Position numbers and translations under genes: made by a program. The notes under the pieces are model-generated. The model made no database searches. It saw nothing but the letters and a program-made list of their open reading frames with translations, and was not told the DNA's origin. A DNA stretch of 64,000 nucleotides from Thermoplasmatota archaeon (lineage in GTDB: Archaea; Thermoplasmatota; Penumbrarchaeia; Penumbrarchaeales; EX4484-36): positions 2,953-66,952 of the forward strand of contig JAOZQA010000001.1 in NCBI GenBank assembly GCA_029932465.1, written 5' to 3'. Shown here in pieces: positions 20,147 through 27,673 of the stretch. How positions within the stretch are numbered: position 1 is the first letter of the stretch; every line of letters begins with the position of its first letter.

Positions 20147-21607
20147 TTAAAGGTCTCTTTTCTCGAACTCTCTGGCCCCCCACTTAAGACAGAATGAGTA
20201 GAAAGAGTAGTTCATCCCGCAGAGAACAAGAAGCGTTAGGATTCCGAGGGTGTGGTTCTTTAGGTAGACCGCTGCTCCCACCCCCACCTCCAGGGAGTAT
20301 ATGGCAAGGGAGGCTACAAGTGTTGAATAGAGAGGTACCACCGGCGGATAGCCCTTGCCCTCTCTGACCTCCTCGAAGTATTTTATACCTGCATATATGC
20401 CTATAGACGCCGAGAGGTATATAGCGGCCACCGCTGCAAGGATGAGGTAGACGGTCACCAGGAGGGGGAAGCTGCGCACAATTGCCATGGGCAGAGCTGC
20501 GGAGGGTATTATGAGGGGGGTGAGTAGAAGGACAGACCTCATCTTGCCCCTTAAAAGATCCTCTGTCCCCACGGGTGTTGTCCTAAGAAGCCAGAGGCGG
20601 GGAGAGTCCACGCCGAAGAAGAGCATGACCGGCAGAAGGACCTCAACAGACGATGCGATGAAGATTAGAAATGCCGCCATGGCAGGTGGGGCCAGCCTCA
20701 GGGCGAAGGAGCTGCCCTCACCGCCCAATAACGCAGCGCCCGGGGAGCGCAGGGCGGAGTAGACCTCAGCAGATGCAATGAAGGCGAAGGTGACCAGCGA
20801 TCCGGCGATGTCGTGCCTCCTCTTTCTTATTGTCCAGTAGGCCCCTGCTATGGCTGGCACCGACCCCTTCCCCTCCCAGCGGAACCTGAGGGGAATAAGA
20901 GGATAACCTCTGCTTTCTGTTCTTGTAGTTCTCTCCACCCCCCAGGGCCTGAAAACCGACCTGAAGAGGAGAAGCTGTAGCACAAGGAGGAAGGGAAGGA
21001 CAGTGAGGGCCCTGGTGGGATTCTGCCACTCGAGAAGATAGAGGTAAACGGCAAGGGGTGTTGAAAGAAGCGCATAAAGAGGCGCACCTGAGCGTCTGTC
21101 TAGAAGGTATCTCCCCGAGGCCATTGTGCAACCGGTCAGGGTAGGAAGCAGGGGGGTGAAGACCATCAGAAGAACCCCTGGGGGGTCCACACCGAACTGT
21201 ACCCCCATAATAAGGGAGAGTAGGGTGAAGGGAAGGAGGAAGAGGGTGTAGAGGTAGAGGTTTGTGATGAGGATATAGAGGAGTTTCTCCCATTTCAAAT
21301 ATGAGATGCCCCCGGGGGTTGTGAAAAGTATCTGGAACTCCCCGGAAGGAGTAACTTCCCTCCTGAAATGAAAGGTTGTCTTGGCTAGAAAGAAGAGAGA
21401 AAGCAGAATTACGGCTCTCCCCGGGGTGATCTTCACCGGAGTTGAGACCTCCCCCGGATAGATGGAACCCAAAAGGACCATGCCCTCTCCTATGAGGAGC
21501 AAGAGGGTAAACCAAACTGTGGCCAGAGGAGACCTCTTGATACTTTTAAGGAGTCTTCTTAAGGACCGTAGAAGGTCAATTGAAAGAACGTGGAGGGCTC
21601 CTCTCAT
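20147..21607 (-). CDS. Polytopic membrane protein, putative ABC-2 type permease
   Basis: About 12 hydrophobic segments; ATGA overlap with the ABC ATPase gene upstream. Confidence 0.6.
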   Translation of the reverse strand: MRGALHVLSIDLLRSLRRLLKSIKRSPLATVWFTLLLLIGEGMVLLGSIYPGEVSTPVKITPGRAVILLSLFFLAKTTFHFRREVTPSGEFQILFTTPGGISYLKWEKLLYILITNLYLYTLFLLPFTLLSLIMGVQFGVDPPGVLLMVFTPLLPTLTGCTMASGRYLLDRRSGAPLYALLSTPLAVYLYLLEWQNPTRALTVLPFLLVLQLLLFRSVFRPWGVERTTRTESRGYPLIPLRFRWEGKGSVPAIAGAYWTIRKRRHDIAGSLVTFAFIASAEVYSALRSPGAALLGGEGSSFALRLAPPAMAAFLIFIASSVEVLLPVMLFFGVDSPRLWLLRTTPVGTEDLLRGKMRSVLLLTPLIIPSAALPMAIVRSFPLLVTVYLILAAVAAIYLSASIGIYAGIKYFEEVREGKGYPPVVPLYSTLVASLAIYSLEVGVGAAVYLKNHTLGILTLLVLCGMNYSFYSFCLKWGAREFEKRDL

Positions 21608-22320
21608 ACCTTACCCACCACCCTCAGAAACAGCTCTTCAACGTTCTGAGAGTCGTTCCTTTCAAGGAGGTCTTCAACATCAGCCGGTCCCTCCACAATC
21701 CTTCCCTCCTTTATTATGGCTATTCTCTGGCAAACCTCCTCCGCCAGGGCGGTTATGTGGGTAGATAGAAGCGCCCCCGCCCCATTTTTCACCGCATTCT
21801 TAAGGAGTCTTTTGAAGGTATGGACGTGTCCGGGATCAAGGCCAGAGGTGGGTTCATCTAAAAGCAGAAGGTCCGGTCTGTGCAGCATGGCTATGGCTAT
21901 GGATAATCCTCTTCTCTGCCCCTTGGACAGCTCACCGACGGGGCTTGATAGAGAATCCAGGAGGTCAAAGGCTTTTAGAAGCCGCTGTGATCCTCCCCGG
22001 GGGCCATGCCCTCTCAGGGAATTAACGAGCTCTATAAGCTCCCAACCTGTCAGGTGTTCATAGAAGAGGGGGTCCTCTGGAACATAGCCCACTTTTGCAA
22101 GATACTCTGCTGGGGCCTCCCTGGTATTCTTACCTCTGAACAGAACTTCTCCCCTCTCAGGCCTGAGAAGATGCACCGCAATTCTAAGTGCTGTTGTCTT
22201 CCCAGCACCGTTGGGACCTAAAAGTCCTACGACCTCTCCGCTATCCACCGAAAGTGAGAGGTCTTCAAGCACGGTCTTTGATCCGAAGCTCTTCCAGATC
22301 CCCTTCAGTTCAAACAGCAT
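21604..22320 (-). CDS. ABC transporter ATP-binding protein (exporter type)
   Basis: GPNGAGKTT, LSKGQRR, LLLLDEPTSGLD, LSTH; probable start ATG 22320. Confidence 0.9.
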   Translation of the reverse strand: MLFELKGIWKSFGSKTVLEDLSLSVDSGEVVGLLGPNGAGKTTALRIAVHLLRPERGEVLFRGKNTREAPAEYLAKVGYVPEDPLFYEHLTGWELIELVNSLRGHGPRGGSQRLLKAFDLLDSLSSPVGELSKGQRRGLSIAIAMLHRPDLLLLDEPTSGLDPGHVHTFKRLLKNAVKNGAGALLSTHITALAEEVCQRIAIIKEGRIVEGPADVEDLLERNDSQNVEELFLRVVGKV

Positions 22321-22405
22321 CAGGATAGATAACCGAAGAGGATAAGAAAAAACTTTCCTTGACATTTTATAGCGATAAAAATCACCCTCTGCCCAGGAAA
22401 CGCAC

Positions 22406-22462
22406 AAGACCTACGGTTCAAATCCCGGTCGTTGTAGAGAGTTGCTGGGACAATAATGTAAG
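22406..22462 (-). repeat. tRNA-Glu 3' trailer element containing antisense T-arm
   Basis: 22415-22428 ggttcaaatcccgg is the exact reverse complement of 22471-22484 in the tRNA; flanks resemble the tRNA-Val trailer. Confidence 0.75.
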
Positions 22463-22535
22463 TGCTCCCGCCGGGATTTGAACCCGGGTCGCAGGCTCGA
22501 AAGGCCCGCATGATTGGCCGCTACACTACGGGAGC
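22463..22535 (-). tRNA. tRNA-Glu(TTC), CCA not encoded
   Basis: Reverse complement GCTCCCG...CGGGC-CTTTCGA-GCCTG...CCGGG-TTCAAAT-CCCGG-CGGGAGC-A. Confidence 0.96.
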
Positions 22536-22632
22536 GTTGCCGCTGGAAGATGCGAAATTTAATCTTTTATTTAAAGGTATTCCGCTTCGAAAACTGGTAA
22601 ATTATTTATCCGAAGAGGGGATTTCCCCCCCC

Positions 22633-22875
22633 ATGTGGAGAACATACCTGGTGGTCTGGTTCAGCAGCGAAGGGGCAAAGCCCTCAGAGGTCACCCAGCG
22701 CCTGTTAAACATGGGATTCAAACCTACGAAGGGGCAGTATGATTACGTATACGAATGGAGCGACAAGACAGACATTGAGGACATATTGAAAATCGGCGAT
22801 AAGGTTCAGAATACGTTGAAGGGCATGGGTGTTCTCTACAAACTGGAGACTTTCGCTCCCATGGATTATGAGTGA
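22633..22875 (+). CDS. Conserved small archaeal hypothetical protein (80 aa)
   Basis: MWRTYLVVWFSSEGAKPSEV..RL..MGF....G.YDYVY.W..LYKLET resembles a small family I associate with Thermoplasmata; true start ATG 22633, since the longer ORF runs antisense through tRNA-Glu. Confidence 0.7.
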   Translation: MWRTYLVVWFSSEGAKPSEVTQRLLNMGFKPTKGQYDYVYEWSDKTDIEDILKIGDKVQNTLKGMGVLYKLETFAPMDYE

Positions 22876-22922
22876 CCTCGAAAGAGGCCTCTTATTACAA
22901 CTTTTAAATAAAAAAATGCAAT

Positions 22923-23348
22923 ATGGGTAGCCTCAAGGTGTGCGAAATGGGCAGCAGCGAGGAAATCATACGTTCTATTGTTGAAATGCTTAATAAGAAG
23001 TTCAACGAGAGAAAGAAGGTGACTGTCCAGAGGGTGTTCGACAAGTACTCTACCAAGCTTGTCAGAGGCAGGGACATTACACTTTATCTTTTCAGGATAG
23101 GCATTATAAAACCTAGGAGAGAGGGAGAGTCTCCCAAGACTGCCGACCTATGGGAGATCAACCTTGAAAATGTGAGAGCGTTCTTGGAGAACGGTGGTGC
23201 TCTTCTGGACATACGCTGTCCCCTCTGCGGTGGTCAGACGATTTCAAACAGTTATAACACCTACCGATGCACTAAGTGTTTCTATCAGGACCAGCTCCCT
23301 CCTTTCAATCCCTACATCTACAGGAGGAACAAGAACTATAAGGGTTAG
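22923..23348 (+). CDS. Hypothetical protein with C-terminal zinc ribbon
   Basis: CPLCGG-x10-CTKC at the C-terminus; helical/basic N-terminal part. Confidence 0.6.
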   Translation: MGSLKVCEMGSSEEIIRSIVEMLNKKFNERKKVTVQRVFDKYSTKLVRGRDITLYLFRIGIIKPRREGESPKTADLWEINLENVRAFLENGGALLDIRCPLCGGQTISNSYNTYRCTKCFYQDQLPPFNPYIYRRNKNYKG

Positions 23349-23349
23349 G

Positions 23350-24045
23350 TTAAATAGCCGGTGCGATTCGGAAGCCTCCATCCCTGAACTCCAGAGCGAA
23401 CCATGATGTGTTGTGGTTCATCGCCCTGAGCTTTATACATCTTATCTGTCTCTGGAGGTCGCTTGTTCCGATGGGTTTTAGGGCGGTCTGAAGAATTCCA
23501 TCCGCCAGGAAATCCTCGTCGCCGAATGGAGAGGTTATGGAGGGTTTCTCGTTGACAAGTATCGTGGTTAGCTGTAAGCTCTTGAGCCAGGAGAAAAGAT
23601 GGAAGAGATATTCCCTGCGGTTCTTGAAGTAGGATAGAATCTCAAGCACGGGGAGGGAATCGATTACCAGAATCTCTGGGAGATGCTCTTCTACCAGGCT
23701 TTCAACGTAGCCTCTGAAACCCTTGTCCCAGCTCTTCGGCTCTACCCCGGAGAGGGCTTGACGGATCTTCCCAAGGTCCGCTATGTGGAGCTCGCTCAGA
23801 GCGCTGTCCCTTATGTCATATCCCATCCTCCCCATCTGAAGAAGGAGGGAATCTCTGGATTGCTCAAGCAGGGTGTAGATGGCCCCCATGCCCTCCCTGG
23901 AACTGTGATAGACTATATTGAAGGCCAGGGATGACTTGTAAGTCCCCGGGGTACCGCTGATTAATATTATATGGCCCTTTGGAATGCCACCACCCAGCTC
24001 CCGGTCAAGGTTTTTAACATATGTGGATATCAGCTCCATGTCCAT
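23350..24045 (-). CDS. Single-domain KaiC/RAD55-family ATPase
   Basis: LDRELGGGIPKG, SGTPGTYKS, LEQS, ILVIDSL, ADGIL, RCIKLR. Confidence 0.85.
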   Translation of the reverse strand: MDMELISTYVKNLDRELGGGIPKGHIILISGTPGTYKSSLAFNIVYHSSREGMGAIYTLLEQSRDSLLLQMGRMGYDIRDSALSELHIADLGKIRQALSGVEPKSWDKGFRGYVESLVEEHLPEILVIDSLPVLEILSYFKNRREYLFHLFSWLKSLQLTTILVNEKPSITSPFGDEDFLADGILQTALKPIGTSDLQRQIRCIKLRAMNHNTSWFALEFRDGGFRIAPAI

Positions 24046-24149
24046 CGCCCAAAAGAGAAGGGAAGAGAATATTTAAAAAGGTTTGCCAAAACCATTTTGA
24101 ACGGGGGAGATATTCCCCCCCGGGCAGACAACGCGAGGGAAGTGGAACG

Positions 24150-25475
24150 ATGAAAAGAAAAGTGGTAATCATGGGTGCAGCAGGAAGAGATTTCCACAAC
24201 TTCAACGTGTTCTTCAGGGACAACCCGAACTACGAGGTGATAGCATTCACTGCAGAGCAGATCCCCGGAATAGATGATAAGATATACCCCCCGGAGTTGA
24301 GCGGAAAGCTCTATCCGAACGGGATACCTATCAAGTCGGAGAGCTCTCTGCCGGAGATCATCAGGGAGAATGAGGTAAACCTGTGCGTCCTTGCTTATTC
24401 TGATCTTTCCTTCGAGACTGTCATGCACAAGGCGTCTTGGGTGAACTCTCTGGGCGCTGACTTTATGCTGATGGGACCGGGAACAACCTCGCTTAAATCC
24501 TCAAAGCCCGTGATAGCCATCGTGGCAGTGCGAACAGGATGCGGTAAGAGTCAGACAACCAGAAAGATCGCTACATTACTCAAAAACCGTGGGCTTAAAG
24601 CGGCTGTCATCCGCCACCCCATGCCCTACGGGGAGCTGAAACTCCAGAGGGTCCAGAGGTTTGCCACCTTTGAGGACCTAGATAAAGCGAAGTGCACTAT
24701 TGAGGAGAGAGAGGAGTACGAACCCCACCTTGAGAAGGGACACGTCGTCTACGCCGGCGTTGACTATGCGGAGATCCTTAAAGCAGCGGAGAAGGAAGCT
24801 GATATCATTCTTTGGGATGGTGGAAACAACGATTTTCCATTTGTCAGATCTGACCTGACAATCACCGTGGTGGACCCGCACAGAGCGGGTCATGAGGTGT
24901 CATACTGGCCCGGTGAGGTCAACCTCAGGTTGGCCGATGTGGTTGTAATAAACAAGATAGATACCGCCTCGCCAGAGGCAGTGATGACTGTGAGGGAGAA
25001 TATAAAGCGGGTCAACCCCAGTGCATTGATAATCGAGGCCGCCTCGCCTCTTTACGTAGAGGGGGGCGACATCGGAGGAAGGAGGGTTCTGGTTGTGGAG
25101 GACGGTCCCACCCTGACGCATGGTGAGATGAGATATGGTGCAGGCTACATCGCATCATTGAAGATGGGGGCTTCTGAGATAGTGGATCCGCGACCCTATG
25201 CGGTGGGGTCAATAGTGGACACCTTCAAAAAGTATACCCATCTGGACAAGGTGCTTCCGGCCATGGGATACAGTGAAAAACAGATAAAGGAGCTTGAAGA
25301 GACGATAAACAGAGTCCCTGCGGACCTGGTTGTGGCAGGAACCCCTATAGACCTGAGGAGGATTGTAAAGGTGAATAAGCCCGTTGTAAGAGTCCGGTAT
25401 GAGCTTCAGGAGGTCGGACAGATTAACCTTGAATACGTACTGGATAAATTTTTGACGAAAAAGGGCCTCTCTTAG
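24150..25475 (+). CDS. COG2403-type P-loop protein (cDPG synthetase-like; probable ArcE arginine synthetase)
   Basis: IMGAAGRDFHNFN, AVRTGCGKSQT, IRHPMPYG, TIEEREEYE, WDGGNND, EDGPTLTHG, LPAMGY; start ATG 24150. Confidence 0.7.
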   Translation: MKRKVVIMGAAGRDFHNFNVFFRDNPNYEVIAFTAEQIPGIDDKIYPPELSGKLYPNGIPIKSESSLPEIIRENEVNLCVLAYSDLSFETVMHKASWVNSLGADFMLMGPGTTSLKSSKPVIAIVAVRTGCGKSQTTRKIATLLKNRGLKAAVIRHPMPYGELKLQRVQRFATFEDLDKAKCTIEEREEYEPHLEKGHVVYAGVDYAEILKAAEKEADIILWDGGNNDFPFVRSDLTITVVDPHRAGHEVSYWPGEVNLRLADVVVINKIDTASPEAVMTVRENIKRVNPSALIIEAASPLYVEGGDIGGRRVLVVEDGPTLTHGEMRYGAGYIASLKMGASEIVDPRPYAVGSIVDTFKKYTHLDKVLPAMGYSEKQIKELEETINRVPADLVVAGTPIDLRRIVKVNKPVVRVRYELQEVGQINLEYVLDKFLTKKGLS

Positions 25476-25487
25476 AGGGTGTTGGGC

Positions 25488-26531
25488 ATGGCCTCTGTTA
25501 GCGAACGCCTTGAGCTGATCAAGAGAAACCTGCAGGAAGTGGTGACGGAGGAAGAGCTTGCGGAGGTTCTCTCAAGTCCCAGACCTATAAGTTACATGGG
25601 AATAGAGCCGTCGGGTCCAGCGCACTTAGGAACTCTGATGATGGCTGGAAAGGCCGAGGACCTCATAGAGGCAGGCTTTCACTTCAAGCTTCTCCTGGCC
25701 GACTGGCATGCGTTTATAAATGATAAGTTCGAAGGTGATATGGAGAGGATAAGGAGTTGCGGGGAGTACCTGATCCACTTTTTCAAGGCCTTAGGCGTGG
25801 GGAAGGAGGGGGGAATAGAGTTCGTCTGGGCTTCAGATGTCGTTGACACTTCCACATACTGGGAGAAGGTCATAAGAATCGCCAAGGCCTCTAGCCTGCA
25901 GAGGCTCCGGCGTGCGATGACGATAATGGGGAGGAGGGAAGAGGAGGCTGATTTAGATTCCTCCAAATTCTTCTACCCCGCCATGCAGGCTGCGGACATC
26001 TTCCACCTAGAGGTGGATGCCGCTCTGGGAGGGATAGACCAGAGAAAGGCCCACATGCTCGCAAGGGATGCTGCTGAAAAGCTGGGGTGGAAAAAGCCAG
26101 TGGCCCTCCACACACCCCTGATCCCCGCCCTGAACCTCTCCGGGAGAATGGATGGGGATGTTCTCAGCATAAAGATGTCAAAGTCAGATCCAGATTCTGG
26201 AATTCTTATACACGACTCGCCTGAGGACATTCGCAGGAAGCTGAAGAAAGCCTACTGCCCTGAAGGGGAGGTTGAAAACAATCCAGTCCTTGATATTGCG
26301 AGGTATATTGTGTTCAGGTGGAAGGGCGAGCTTCGGGTCCTTCGGCCTGAGAAGTGGGGAGGAGATGTAAGATATACCACATACAAAGAGCTTGAGAGCG
26401 ATTTCAGGGAGAGAAAACTGCACCCGCTAGACCTCAAAAACTCAGTGGCAGATGCCCTGATAGAGGTGCTTGACCCCCTTTGGCGTTATTTTGAGAGCCA
26501 CCCTGAGGCAATGAGCTGGTTGTCGAAATAG
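25488..26531 (+). CDS. tyrS: Tyrosine--tRNA ligase, archaeal type
   Basis: YMGIEPSGPAHLG, LADWHA, YPAMQAAD, GGIDQRK, KMSKS. Confidence 0.96.
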   Translation: MASVSERLELIKRNLQEVVTEEELAEVLSSPRPISYMGIEPSGPAHLGTLMMAGKAEDLIEAGFHFKLLLADWHAFINDKFEGDMERIRSCGEYLIHFFKALGVGKEGGIEFVWASDVVDTSTYWEKVIRIAKASSLQRLRRAMTIMGRREEEADLDSSKFFYPAMQAADIFHLEVDAALGGIDQRKAHMLARDAAEKLGWKKPVALHTPLIPALNLSGRMDGDVLSIKMSKSDPDSGILIHDSPEDIRRKLKKAYCPEGEVENNPVLDIARYIVFRWKGELRVLRPEKWGGDVRYTTYKELESDFRERKLHPLDLKNSVADALIEVLDPLWRYFESHPEAMSWLSK

Positions 26532-26603
26532 TGGAATAGTGAAGAAACCTTTATTTAATATCCCCTGTTTTTATGAACATACCTCTCTCCGTGGTGGCGT
26601 TTC

Positions 26604-27566
26604 ATGAAAGCGGAAACAAGTGCGGACAACGATGAGGTTTTCTTTGAGGAGTTCGAGGAGCTGAAGGAAGAAGAAGAGAAAATTGAAGAGGTAGACGAAG
26701 TGGAAACAGCCGAAAAGGGAAGGGTAGCCAAGAAGATACCGATACCTGAGGGTGCAAAGAGAAAGATCCTTCAGCAGGCTAGGGAAATAAAGAAGTTAAG
26801 AGGTCAGCTGGTTCGTGCAAAAAGAGAGCTGAGCACCCTTAAAGGGGAAATGGGGATGCTGAGAAGGGAGGTAGGGCGGATTGGGGAGGAGAAGACTCGG
26901 CTGGAACAGCAAGTCCTTGAGAAGGAGCAATACATAGCAGCTTACGAAAAAAAGCTTAAGAGGTTACAAAAGGATTTTGAGAGGTTTAAAGAGAGGGTGG
27001 AGAGGGAACGGGATAACGAGGTGAAGAAACTAAACCGCAAGCTGTTTTTAGAGTTCATAGAGATAAAAGACACCCTTGAAATGGCCATTGAAGACGCTGA
27101 GAGGAGACTGGAGGCCCTCGGTAAGCACAGAGATGTACAGGCGATAATAGATGGCTTGGAGGGCATTCGCTCTCAGGTCCGCAACCTCCTCAAAAGACAC
27201 GATATTGAGGAGATCAACCCGGTTGGAGAGGAGTTCGACCCCCGTTACCACGAAGCCCTAGATGTCATGGGGCCTAGAGGGTATGGGGGAGTGAAGGTGG
27301 TAAAAGAGGTGGTCTCTAAGGGGTATAGGTTGGAAGACTACCTTTTGAGACCCGCAAAGGTCATTCTGGAAGTAATCGACAGGGAGGAGGCTGAAAAGGG
27401 GGAGGAGGAAAAAGTAGAGGAAGAGGCGGAAGAGCTCCCGGAGAAGCTGGAGGAGATTGGGGAGGAGGTACTTGAAGAGCTTGAAGTAGTGGAAGGGGAG
27501 GAGTTTGAAGAGCTAGAGGAGGCGGAACTTGAGGAGTTGGAGGAGGGCTTTGAGCCAGTAGAGTAA
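26604..27566 (+). CDS. grpE: GrpE nucleotide exchange factor with long N-terminal coiled coil and acidic tails
   Basis: DFERFKERVERE, EF..I.D.LE.A, GEEFDPRYHEA, KGYRL....LRPAKV; directly upstream of dnaK. Confidence 0.85.
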   Translation: MKAETSADNDEVFFEEFEELKEEEEKIEEVDEVETAEKGRVAKKIPIPEGAKRKILQQAREIKKLRGQLVRAKRELSTLKGEMGMLRREVGRIGEEKTRLEQQVLEKEQYIAAYEKKLKRLQKDFERFKERVERERDNEVKKLNRKLFLEFIEIKDTLEMAIEDAERRLEALGKHRDVQAIIDGLEGIRSQVRNLLKRHDIEEINPVGEEFDPRYHEALDVMGPRGYGGVKVVKEVVSKGYRLEDYLLRPAKVILEVIDREEAEKGEEEKVEEEAEELPEKLEEIGEEVLEELEVVEGEEFEELEEAELEELEEGFEPVE

Positions 27567-27617
27567 GCCCCCTACCCCACTCCTTGGGCCCTCAATTTTT
27601 GACGCGATGAATTGTCT

Positions 27618-27632
27618 CAAAAAGGTTATATA
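27618..27632 (+). promoter_or_regulatory. BRE + TATA box of dnaK
   Basis: CAAAAAGG TTATATA about 40 nt upstream of ATG 27674, followed by a GGTGA RBS. Confidence 0.6.
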
Positions 27633-27673
27633 TTGCATCAATATTAATCAACCAAAATATTCCAGGTGAGAAC

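Noticed and set aside
22462-22632. N-terminal part of the 137-aa ORF, and ORFs 22320-22511 and 34702-34926
   Set aside because: They run through tRNA genes; the real CDS starts at 22633.
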